Source: an archaeon (GTDB lineage Archaea; Nanobdellota; Nanobdellia; SCGC-AAA011-G17; GW2011-AR17). From it: a stretch of DNA of 64,000 nt. The notes under the pieces were generated by a model. That model had not been told where the DNA came from. It was given only the letters and a program-made list of their open reading frames with translations, and did no database searches. The DNA lies in NCBI GenBank assembly GCA_043825775.1, contig JBDRRK010000012.1, positions 1,237 to 65,236 on the forward strand. Reading direction: 5' to 3'. Positions 39,543 to 48,013 of the stretch are shown here, one piece after another (the first letter of the stretch is position 1; each line of letters starts with the position of its first letter). The position numbers and the translations under genes are program-made.

Positions 39543-40669
39543 ATGAAAACTTGCAAAAACTTATATTCAAAACTATATTCAATAGACAACCTAAAATTAG
39601 CATTCACAAAAGCTAGAAAAGGAAAAACACTTAGACTAGAGGTAATCAAATTTGAAAAGAATCTTAATAGGGAATTACCTCAACTAAAGAATGAATTAAA
39701 GTTTTTAACTTATAAACCTAAACCTCTAGTAAACTTTATTATTAGGGATCCTAAAATCAGAAAAATAAGCAAATCTCATTTTAGAGATAGAGTTGTCCAT
39801 CATGCACTTTGCAACCTAATAACTCCCATCTTTGAAAAAACATTTATCTTGGATTCTTATGCAAATCAAATAGATAAAGGAACATTAGCTGCTATTCAAA
39901 GATTTGATTATTTCAAGAGAAAAGTAACCAAAAACAATACAAAAAATGCTTATGTTTTCAAGGCAGACATAAGAAAATATTTTGAATCGATAAATCATGA
40001 GATTCTAACAAACACTATAAAAAAGAAAATAAAAGATAGAAGAATAATCTGGTTAATACAAATCATCCTCAACAATTCAACTGGGGGGGGGGCGAACAGA
40101 AAAAGGGCAACATAAATCAAAGATTTCTTTCCTCATATATTCAGAAGGGAATGCCTTTGGGAAACTTAACATCCCAATTCTTTGCAAACCTTTATCTCAA
40201 TGAATTGGATTATTTTGTAAAACGCAAACTAAAAATAAAATATTACATTCGTTATGTTGATGATTTCATAATCTTTCACAATTCAAAAGAAAAACTTGAA
40301 TTTTACAAGGAAGAGATAGGTTCTTTTCTAACGAGTAAATTAGATATAGAATTACATCCAGATAAATCAAGAATATTTCCTATTCACCGAGGAACAAACT
40401 TTCTTGGATTTAAAATATTCCCTTATCATAGGATTATAAAAAACCAAAATCTAAGGAGATTTAAAGGTAAATTAAAACAACTTGAAAAACAATACAGACA
40501 AGGGGGTATAAGTTATGATGAACTATATGATTCCTTGGAAGGCTGGCTTGCTTATGCTAAAAATGCTAATACTTACAAATTGAGAAAGGAGATTTTAGAA
40601 CAAGTAGAAACTCTGTTTTCGAAAGAGGTTTCAAGTAAAGAGATAAATAGATATCAAAAATATAACTAA
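39543..40669 (+). CDS. Diversity-generating retroelement reverse transcriptase (frameshifted in a G10 tract; two ORF fragments 39528-40115 and 40151-40669)
   Basis: RT motif 2 'FKADIRKYFESINHE'; DGR-specific motif 4 'GMPLGNLTSQFFANLYLNELD' (SQ replacing QG); motif 5 'YVDDFIIF'. A homopolymer at 40083-40092 interrupts the frame; an 11-G version reads through. Confidence 0.85.
40083..40092 (+). repeat. G10 homopolymer causing the RT frameshift
   Basis: 'aactggggggggggcgaac'; frame 1 stops 20 nt downstream; the +2 frame is open across the tract and into ORF2. Confidence 0.7.
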
Positions 40670-41064
40670 ACCCGGCCCAAATACCCTAATCTAATTAAAT
40701 CAGAAACACTTGTATTCATCTTCTCAGAAGCTGTTTTGAGCTTTATATACTCATTTTTAGAAATTTTAATAGAAAGAACCCTTGTTTTAGTAAAATATCT
40801 CTTTGAATTGATTATCTCCATTCCTGCCTCTCTTTTAATCTTTGAACCCTTCTATCAGTATTTTCAATTATCAAATCAATCTCTTTCCACATCTCTTTTC
40901 TTAATTTCAATAGTTCCTTTTGAAATTCTTCTTCCATAATACAATAATGGATTTCAATCCTTAAAAAAGATAGAGTGGAAAAAAATATAGCAAAAAATAT
41001 AGCAAAAAAATGTACAAAAAAATTCACTCGTCAATTTAAATACCCTCATTCCGCTAAGTAGATA

Positions 41065-42384
41065 ATGGCTAAAAATAATGATTCTTTGGATGTTACTGCA
41101 GTTATAATAATTCTTGTTGGGATAATAAGTGTTTGTTATATTTGGTGGGAAAGGAATGGACAAGAAATAGAAGCGTCATTTCTCGCAATTCCATGGGTAA
41201 AGATAGGCATAATTATCTTACTTACTCTTATTTCAATATTTATTGTCTATAAAACAATAAAGTACATAGAAAAGAGAAAAAAAGAAAAACAAAGAACAGA
41301 AGAAAGAATAGAAAACGAAAAAAATACCCTTCTTTCCCTACTAAATACAGATTTTCAAGGAAATTCTAGAGAAATAGAAGAACAATACAAAAAAATAAAT
41401 AAAAGAATCAAAGAAATAAATAAAAACATTAGAAATCAATACCAAAAAGAGATAAAATCATTACATAAGAAAACAAAGAATTTAATCCAAACTATAGAAC
41501 AACAAGAATATATAAGATATGAAAGACAATTAGAACAAGAAAGAGAAGAAGAACTAAAAAGAAAAAGACATAAAAATAAAGTAAAAGAATTATTTGAATA
41601 CAAGAAAAAATTAAATTCAATAAGGGCACTACCCTTAAACAAAAAATACTCTTCTGATGTTATTAATGAAGCTACAAAATTAATGAAATACTATGAACAT
41701 AAACAAGGACAACTAAATGAAACAAGAGAAAATGCAATAGAATATTACAAAACACATCCATTGGACACACAACCAGAGATTAGGGAAAATGAAGAAAAAT
41801 TATACAAAGAAGTAAGAGACCAAATAAAACAAGGGAAAATAGAACTAAAGAAAAAACCAAAAATAGAATATCAAGGTAAAAAACTGGAAAAGGATTTTTA
41901 CCTGTCAAAGGATTTAAATGAAGAGACAAAAGCAAAAGCTAGAGCTCAGGGATTTGTACAAGTTGATGGAATAAAACTTGATGGAAAGATACAGGGTGGT
42001 GGTTATTATATAAGAAAGGAAAATCCAAGAGAGAGTAAAAAACACTTCTACTTAAAACACTTATTTGCTAAACTACATGAAAATACACAATTAGAATATC
42101 AGGTTAAAGGCAAAAGGGTAGATGTAGTATTATTGATAGAAGATTACAAGTTAGGGATAGAAATAGAAACTGGAGCCAATAGAGAAAAACAATTAATGGA
42201 GAAGATTTCTTGGTTAAACAAGAATTTTGATCAATGGATTTTTGTCTGTCCAAAAGAGTTGCATGGGAAATATAATAAATTAGTAAATCCTAAGAAAAGC
42301 TTTTGTTTGGGGATTAAGGAAGCAAAGGAATTCATCTTGGAGTTGACTTTACCTGTTGAAGATCTGCAAAGAACAGGTAAATAG
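41065..42384 (+). CDS. Membrane-anchored coiled-coil protein with C-terminal PD-(D/E)xK-like module (hypothetical)
   Basis: 2 N-terminal TM helices, long K/E-rich coiled coil, C-terminal 'GKRVDVVLLIEDYKLGIEIETG'. Confidence 0.4.
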   Translation: MAKNNDSLDVTAVIIILVGIISVCYIWWERNGQEIEASFLAIPWVKIGIIILLTLISIFIVYKTIKYIEKRKKEKQRTEERIENEKNTLLSLLNTDFQGNSREIEEQYKKINKRIKEINKNIRNQYQKEIKSLHKKTKNLIQTIEQQEYIRYERQLEQEREEELKRKRHKNKVKELFEYKKKLNSIRALPLNKKYSSDVINEATKLMKYYEHKQGQLNETRENAIEYYKTHPLDTQPEIRENEEKLYKEVRDQIKQGKIELKKKPKIEYQGKKLEKDFYLSKDLNEETKAKARAQGFVQVDGIKLDGKIQGGGYYIRKENPRESKKHFYLKHLFAKLHENTQLEYQVKGKRVDVVLLIEDYKLGIEIETGANREKQLMEKISWLNKNFDQWIFVCPKELHGKYNKLVNPKKSFCLGIKEAKEFILELTLPVEDLQRTGK

Positions 42385-42479
42385 GCTTAATGCATTAAAA
42401 TTTAGCTATTTCAAGGCTTTTTGGTCTTGCATTAAATAGATACTTTACAGGTAAATATCTACTATATATTAAAAGACAA

Positions 42480-43532
42480 TTAGTATTTATCCAGAATCTT
42501 ATTAAGGAATTTTATAAATTCTTTAGTATCTAAAAAGTAATTAGGATAAGCTTTCTTCAAATCAGCAGTAGTATCAGCACCAACAAGAACAACATCATAT
42601 TCTTTTTTACCATAAATTCTTTTTTCAGCTTTAGCATAATCGTCAAGTGCTTTCTCTTCTTGTCTTTTTGAATAAGAAGTAATGACTAACTTTTCTTGAA
42701 TTGTATCTAATTCAAGTAAGAAAAAATGTACATTTTTTTTACTCTTTAAATCATCAAAAAACTTAATTGATTTAGCCCAACCTACCATCTTAGTTCTAAC
42801 ATTTAATTTTTTTTCTTTTTCCTTGATCAATAAATAAAGTTCTTTTTCATTTGAGGGAGTATTAGGAACTTGAGGACAATTTTCTAATCTTGCAAATGCT
42901 GAACTAACCAATTTAAAGAATTCTTTCCATTCTTCTTCTCCTTCATTTGATTTAATCGCTTGACCAGTAAAAAAATCAACTGTTTCAACTGCTGTAGCCC
43001 AAATATGTTGTAATCTAGATCTAATTTGTACTTCAATTAATAATCCATTATAGATTTTTCTTTTTTCTTTATCACTATTGTATCTATAAATTAAATGTAT
43101 GCTTCTATACCCATCTTCCTTTGGATAGGTAATATAATCCTTTTCATTTACTTTTTTATGTTTTAAGGTTCCATTTGAATAGTAGTCTTGATAGAGCTTC
43201 TTTGCCAATTCAACATCTGTCATAACAGCCCTACATCCTGCAATATCTTGCATTTGAGTTAATTTCATTGTAGCTTTTTTTCCATCATATTTCCTATGCA
43301 ATTTTTTTAAGATAGAAGATACTCTCTTTAGTCTCTGTGCAGATAATGAACTTGGATCTATCTTTTCAGAAGATCTCTTTAACCTTTGCTTAAAAACATG
43401 CATAGGGTAGCTATGGGCCGCTCTCCAATTACTTAAAACCCCTAAAGCTTTGGAACTTTCCTTTTTTGTTAAAATAACTCCTGCAGCATCAGTTTCAGAT
43501 TTGGAGTATTTTTTAGGGTTTATTTGTTTCAT
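42480..43532 (-). CDS. RelA/SpoT-homolog (RSH) synthetase-domain protein with C-terminal extension (toxSAS/CapRel-like)
   Basis: Synthetase motifs 'QRLKRVSSILKKL' (Syn1), 'DIAGCRAVM' (Syn2), 'GYRSIHLIY' (Syn3), 'EVQIRSRLQHIWATAVE' (Syn4), followed by about 140 aa of non-RSH sequence. Confidence 0.7.
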   Translation of the reverse strand: MKQINPKKYSKSETDAAGVILTKKESSKALGVLSNWRAAHSYPMHVFKQRLKRSSEKIDPSSLSAQRLKRVSSILKKLHRKYDGKKATMKLTQMQDIAGCRAVMTDVELAKKLYQDYYSNGTLKHKKVNEKDYITYPKEDGYRSIHLIYRYNSDKEKRKIYNGLLIEVQIRSRLQHIWATAVETVDFFTGQAIKSNEGEEEWKEFFKLVSSAFARLENCPQVPNTPSNEKELYLLIKEKEKKLNVRTKMVGWAKSIKFFDDLKSKKNVHFFLLELDTIQEKLVITSYSKRQEEKALDDYAKAEKRIYGKKEYDVVLVGADTTADLKKAYPNYFLDTKEFIKFLNKILDKY

Positions 43533-43758
43533 TAGGCTTTAATAAACCATTATTATATATAAATCTTTCCTAATGCGCAACAAAATATTATAATAAATGT
43601 CATTTTGCGCTATTTTAAAAGGCTTAAATTATCCTTTAAAATGAAAAATAAGGCTATTTTAACCTTTTTTTAAAAATACCATTTTTTATGTGTCATTTTG
43701 CGCAGTATTAAAAATAAAAATTTATCTATTGCGCTATTTAAAAAGTACCAATTCTTAA

Positions 43759-44100
43759 GTGGCAAAGCACTGCCCAAAGCACTGCCTGAAGCAGTGCTTA
43801 AAGCACAGCCCAAATGTTAAATGTTCCCAAATCTTATACTATTATATGAACCAGATACAAAGATCGGGGGAAAAGACAATTCAGGGAAGATTGTCCTATA
43901 GTGAAAGTTCTCAAGGTTGGTCAATATTAAGACTGAAAAAGGAAGTTCTAAATGAATTCAAGACACTTAAGGAAAAGAGAAATCCATCTGGTTACAAGCT
44001 TGTTTTGTTTGACAATTATGAACAGGCAGAATCTCATTTGAAGAAGATAAAAGAGACTTGTATGGAACCCCCTGTTTTTCTGGTATTTGAGAGATTGTAA
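43759..44100 (+). CDS. Hypothetical protein (true start probably at internal 'MNQIQ', about 43846)
   Basis: The N-terminal 30 codons translate a 12-bp tandem DNA repeat and are probably non-coding. Confidence 0.3.
   Translation: MAKHCPKHCLKQCLKHSPNVKCSQILYYYMNQIQRSGEKTIQGRLSYSESSQGWSILRLKKEVLNEFKTLKEKRNPSGYKLVLFDNYEQAESHLKKIKETCMEPPVFLVFERL
43764..43811 (+). repeat. 4 x 12-bp tandem repeat (aaagcactgccc / aaagcactgcct / gaagcagtgctt / aaagcacagccc); iteron/operator-like
   Basis: Direct inspection. Further repeats 'tgtcattttgcgc' (43598, 43691) and 'ttgcgctattt(t)aaaa' (43605, 43730) lie in the same divergent intergenic region. Confidence 0.5.
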
Positions 44101-44140
44101 TTCAATAATTCTTTTAAAGATATTTTTGTTTTTTTAAGGT

Positions 44141-44623
44141 ATGTTAGAATTATCTAAGGAAATTGGAAGGAAGATAGAAATAACAATTACCCTAGCAATA
44201 TTTCTCATTGTAGTGATAAAAGCCTTTCTAGATCAATTTGCTCCAAATAATGCTAATATAATTTCTCTAAAATTTTCAATGGTGGTAGGAGTGTATATTG
44301 GAATATACTTTATCTATCATTTAGTAAAAAACAAAATTCCATCGATAAACAAATCTATGATATGGGCAAATAGATTGCTGACCATTAATTTTTTGGTAAT
44401 TATGTTATTAGTATTCTATATTCCTAGCATGGATTCAATAGAAAAAATTCCTGCAATAATTTTATTCCTTTTACCTTATTTTTTTGTAGTACTACTTTGG
44501 TCTTCAATATTAATCCCAACAATTGTATTCTTTATATTTGCTTCAAAATTAGGAAGAGAAATTAAAAAGAAATTAAAATTTAGAAAAATAGCAAATAGCA
44601 ACTCCGAGTTGGAAAAAGATTAA
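44141..44623 (+). CDS. Polytopic membrane protein (hypothetical)
   Basis: 160 aa, 4 hydrophobic helices. Confidence 0.4.
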   Translation: MLELSKEIGRKIEITITLAIFLIVVIKAFLDQFAPNNANIISLKFSMVVGVYIGIYFIYHLVKNKIPSINKSMIWANRLLTINFLVIMLLVFYIPSMDSIEKIPAIILFLLPYFFVVLLWSSILIPTIVFFIFASKLGREIKKKLKFRKIANSNSELEKD

Positions 44624-45040
44624 AATAAAAGTAATTATAGACCATTTCTGAGTATTTGAAGCTTGATCTTGACATTCTTGCAATTTAGAAAAAACTAATT
44701 CATCATATGATTCCCACCCTTCAAGAAATAATTCATATTTATCTTTATAATATCTTGATTCGTCTGCCCAAAAATCAGTTGTTCCAGAATCATTACTCAA
44801 AATACCTACTGCTACAGCATTTTTTGCCCATGTTTCTTCAAATAGAGTATATTGTTCATCTACAAAAGCCTGAGTTTTATTCAAAAGAAGTCTATTCGCT
44901 TGATTATTGCAAGACGTTTCTTTTAATGAAGAACAAAAAGAGAATGCAACAGATAAGGCTATCAAAGCTGAAAGTAGCATAAAAGAAGCATTCAATAAAC
45001 CTTTGTTGTGCTCCTTGATAAATTTAGTAATTATTCCCAT
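44573..45040 (-). CDS. Hypothetical secreted/membrane-anchored protein
   Basis: N-terminal TM 'LLNASFMLLSALIALSVAFSF'. Confidence 0.35.
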   Translation of the reverse strand: MGIITKFIKEHNKGLLNASFMLLSALIALSVAFSFCSSLKETSCNNQANRLLLNKTQAFVDEQYTLFEETWAKNAVAVGILSNDSGTTDFWADESRYYKDKYELFLEGWESYDELVFSKLQECQDQASNTQKWSIITFILIFFQLGVAICYFSKF

Positions 45041-45086
45041 AAACTAATAATAGTACAAGATTATTTAATATTTGCTAAAAAAAGGA

Positions 45087-45728
45087 TTAAGAAATATTTA
45101 ATTTGGAATCACAATACAATTTTGTCTTAGTACATATTTCTTGATATAATTCATCAATATAACATGCAAAATTTCCTGATTTACAAACAAGAGCAGGAGG
45201 ATTTTTGTTTAATAAGTCAAGTAATTTATTACTTGCTTCTACATTTGTTTCATACTTTATCGAATCAATATAATATTCATTATTATTAACTTGCCAAAAT
45301 AATTTAATCCAAATCTTTTTTTCATAAACACCAGTTTCAGTTAAAGCTACAAACTTCTTTCCTTCTAAATCTTTTGCATTTTTCCAAGGAGCATAGTTTA
45401 TTAAACCAGCTTTACTCCCATGTGCAAGCTTACTCCTAACAATATATATTGGATGATTCCTTTCTTTCAAAAATTTATCATCTACTATTTCTAATATGGA
45501 ATATGTAAATATTATAAATGAATAGATCATAGAACTTCGAATAGTTATTTCGGATTTAATGTCCTTACCTAAGTCATTATGAGAAATAAGAACTTGAACA
45601 ATATTTTCAATATTATTTAAAAAGAAGTTTATGCAATAAATTTTTTTTAAATTATCATCATGCAAGTTATCAATTTTTTTTAGATATTCTTTAAAAAGAG
45701 GTTTCCATTCACAATACTCGTCACTCAT
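45087..45728 (-). CDS. Hypothetical protein with HEPN-like Rx4H motif
   Basis: 'RSKLAHG' (R-x4-H) in a predicted helical protein; last gene before attR. Confidence 0.35.
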   Translation of the reverse strand: MSDEYCEWKPLFKEYLKKIDNLHDDNLKKIYCINFFLNNIENIVQVLISHNDLGKDIKSEITIRSSMIYSFIIFTYSILEIVDDKFLKERNHPIYIVRSKLAHGSKAGLINYAPWKNAKDLEGKKFVALTETGVYEKKIWIKLFWQVNNNEYYIDSIKYETNVEASNKLLDLLNKNPPALVCKSGNFACYIDELYQEICTKTKLYCDSKLNIS

Positions 45729-45862
45729 AAGTTTAAATTATATGAGTTATTTATAAAATTTATTATACAGAAGACCTTATAAACTTCAAAATCTTGTCTA
45801 AAAATAACAAAAAATTTATGTTAAGAACTCATAAATTAGAGAGCTTCAACAGGCGCTAGGCA

Positions 45863-45875
45863 CCCAGCCTCGGCG
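45863..45875 (+). repeat. attR: second copy of 'cccagcctcggcg'
   Basis: Exact 13-mer identical to the tRNA 3' end at 32856-32868. Confidence 0.55.
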
Positions 45876-45877
45876 TT

Positions 45878-47179
45878 TTATAATCCTAGAATTTTATTTA
45901 TTACCTGTTGTTTTAATTCAGGTGGATCTGTTTCTATTTGAGCTGCATATACTAAAAAGTTTAAGAAATTAATATTGTCTGCATTGTTTAGTATTTCTAG
46001 AGCCATTCCTAGAGGAATTATTATTGATACTTCACCTTCATATAATCCTTCTTCAACTTTTACTATTTTTCCATTTTCTAAGTCTGCTTTTATGTTGAAG
46101 TTTTCATCATCTTTGATTATTAGATTTACTTTATCATAATCACTTAGTATATATGTGAAGAAATCGTTGGAATTAATGAACCATACAATCATTTCTGGAT
46201 TTTCTACTTCCCATTCTTCTGGTAGATTTAAGTTTACTACTTCATCTTCAATTATTTCTATTTCTTCTTCTTTTTCTTGAGTTATTTCTTCTTGAATTTC
46301 TTCTTCTACTTCAGGTTCATATATCTTAGCACAATCAATTGATTCTATAATTGTGTCTGCTGTATCTTCGTCAAACATTGATTCAACACAAGTATAAGAA
46401 GCAGTGTAGGTTTTATAATTACAATAATTAAAACCTGCTTTTGATTTTAGTAAAATATCATTGTAATAACTAGTGTATTCAAGAGTTGTATCATCGATTT
46501 TTGTTATAGAACAATCTTCACAATTGTCCATTGTTGTGTACATCCAGTTGTAAACATCATCTAATTTTGAGTTTGTTTCACTAATATAAACATTACAGTA
46601 ATCTTGTTTTAGGATTATTGTATCCTGTTGTTTACTCTCTTCCCAATTGGGAGTTTGCATTGAGAAATCCTCATCATTGTAATTGTTAAATTTAATCTCT
46701 TCTTTTTTATTTGTGTCACATTGTGCTGATGTAAAGAATTGTGAGAATTTTTCTTCATCGTATAGAGTATGTTCACAGCTTAGGATTATGTTGTAAGCAT
46801 AATTATTGCAGGAGAATACCTTTACTTTGTTGTAGATTAGGTATGTTTCATATAAATTTGTGTATTCTATTTCTTTTTTTATTTCACTTTGTTTTATTAC
46901 TTCTATATTTTCATTTGCTAAGTATGTTAATAACCATTCATACATTAATTCATCATTTCCATCATATTTATTTACAGCTAAGTTGCATCCTTCAATAGGT
47001 ATTATAAACAATGTTTCATTAAAATCAAAGGTTCCTTCCGCATCTGGATGATCAATTGAAAAACCTAAATCATTTTCATAAATTGTCCAGGTCATCTCTT
47101 CTTTAATTGGTTCTTCTATTGGAATTTCAGTACACCCAACTATAAAAATTAATAATAAAAATAATAATAATCTTTTCAT
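45878..47179 (-). CDS. Acidic secreted lipoprotein (hypothetical)
   Basis: Lipobox-like 'LLLIFIVGCTE'; highly acidic, Cys-rich. Confidence 0.5.
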   Translation of the reverse strand: MKRLLLFLLLIFIVGCTEIPIEEPIKEEMTWTIYENDLGFSIDHPDAEGTFDFNETLFIIPIEGCNLAVNKYDGNDELMYEWLLTYLANENIEVIKQSEIKKEIEYTNLYETYLIYNKVKVFSCNNYAYNIILSCEHTLYDEEKFSQFFTSAQCDTNKKEEIKFNNYNDEDFSMQTPNWEESKQQDTIILKQDYCNVYISETNSKLDDVYNWMYTTMDNCEDCSITKIDDTTLEYTSYYNDILLKSKAGFNYCNYKTYTASYTCVESMFDEDTADTIIESIDCAKIYEPEVEEEIQEEITQEKEEEIEIIEDEVVNLNLPEEWEVENPEMIVWFINSNDFFTYILSDYDKVNLIIKDDENFNIKADLENGKIVKVEEGLYEGEVSIIIPLGMALEILNNADNINFLNFLVYAAQIETDPPELKQQVINKILGL

Positions 47180-47220
47180 AAGATTTTATTAGGAGTTGTT
47201 ATTTAAATAATTTCCTTAAA

Positions 47221-47427
47221 TTATTTTAATCTATCATCTAAATCTTTTGATTTTTTCTTAGCTTCTGCTTCGAGATCAACACCCAATTCTTTTAGGGCTT
47301 TAATATGAGCATCTATTTGTTGTTGAACTACTTGTAATAATTTGTAGAATTCTTGTTGTTCAATTGCTAAGACGGATAGAGCACCTTTATGGATACCTAT
47401 TTGTTCTTGTTTTGTTGGGGTTGCCAT
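47221..47427 (-). CDS. Small helical protein (hypothetical)
   Basis: 68-aa ORF with coiled-coil character. Confidence 0.3.
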   Translation of the reverse strand: MATPTKQEQIGIHKGALSVLAIEQQEFYKLLQVVQQQIDAHIKALKELGVDLEAEAKKKSKDLDDRLK

Positions 47428-47479
47428 TATATATGATTTATTAGTAAGGTTTATAAATATTATGTAGAAAACTAAGATT

Positions 47480-47782
47480 ATGGGTTTAGAAGCACTATTG
47501 ATGAAAGTAGGAAAAGGATTAGATAAATTACTTTTACCTAAAGAGGAGAAAGATTATAATATTGTTCATAAAGGGTATAAGAGTTTAAGAGATATTCTTT
47601 ATAGTGTTGCTTCTGATGTTGATAGTGTTTATGATAAAGGTAAGAAATATGTTTATGAACCTGTTGTGAAACCACTGTATGAGAGAATTGTTAAACCAGT
47701 TGCTAAATTTGGTTGGGATTATAAACTGTATATTGGTTTAGGGTTATTGTGGCCTAGTATGTATTTAGGAGCGTTGTTTTAA
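47480..47782 (+). CDS. Hypothetical protein
   Basis: 100-aa ORF. Confidence 0.3.
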   Translation: MGLEALLMKVGKGLDKLLLPKEEKDYNIVHKGYKSLRDILYSVASDVDSVYDKGKKYVYEPVVKPLYERIVKPVAKFGWDYKLYIGLGLLWPSMYLGALF

Positions 47783-47783
47783 A

Positions 47784-48011
47784 ATGGAGATAAGAGAATT
47801 TGTTGATGAAACTATAAATGAATGTGTTACTAAGGGAAGGACTATTGAGGAAGTTAATCCAGATACAACTCAATTTCTTATTACATCTTTGATTACTTAT
47901 CTTAATGATAGATTTGAAGAGAGTATGGCTTTAGAAAGAGAAAGTGATGTAAAATTGTATGCTTCATTTATTGATTATGCTTTTGGAAGATATCATTCTC
48001 AAAGAAATTAA
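47784..48011 (+). CDS. Hypothetical protein
   Basis: 75-aa ORF immediately following the previous one. Confidence 0.3.
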   Translation: MEIREFVDETINECVTKGRTIEEVNPDTTQFLITSLITYLNDRFEESMALERESDVKLYASFIDYAFGRYHSQRN

Positions 48012-48013
48012 AT

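Larger units (their letters stand above)
32856..45875. mobile_element. tRNA-integrated mobile/integrative element (about 13 kb) carrying an integrase, a DGR cassette, a MoxR/VWA pair and an RSH-synthetase gene
   Basis: Integrase gene immediately 3' of the tRNA; 13-bp direct repeats at both ends; gene content unlike the flanking housekeeping genes; GC-rich DGR repeats. Confidence 0.55.

Noticed and set aside
40812-41027. Possible accessory variability determinant (avd) downstream of the RT
   Set aside because: The only candidate is a 71-aa minus-strand ORF whose helical part is about 40 aa (MEEEFQKELLKLRKEMW…). It is too short and not the basic four-helix Avd pattern. This DGR appears to lack a recognisable avd, as some archaeal DGRs do
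32856-45878. Provirus interpretation of the integrated element
   Set aside because: No capsid, portal, terminase or tail-like ORFs are recognisable. The content (integrase, RHH, iteron-like repeats, defence-type cargo) fits a plasmid-like integrative element better
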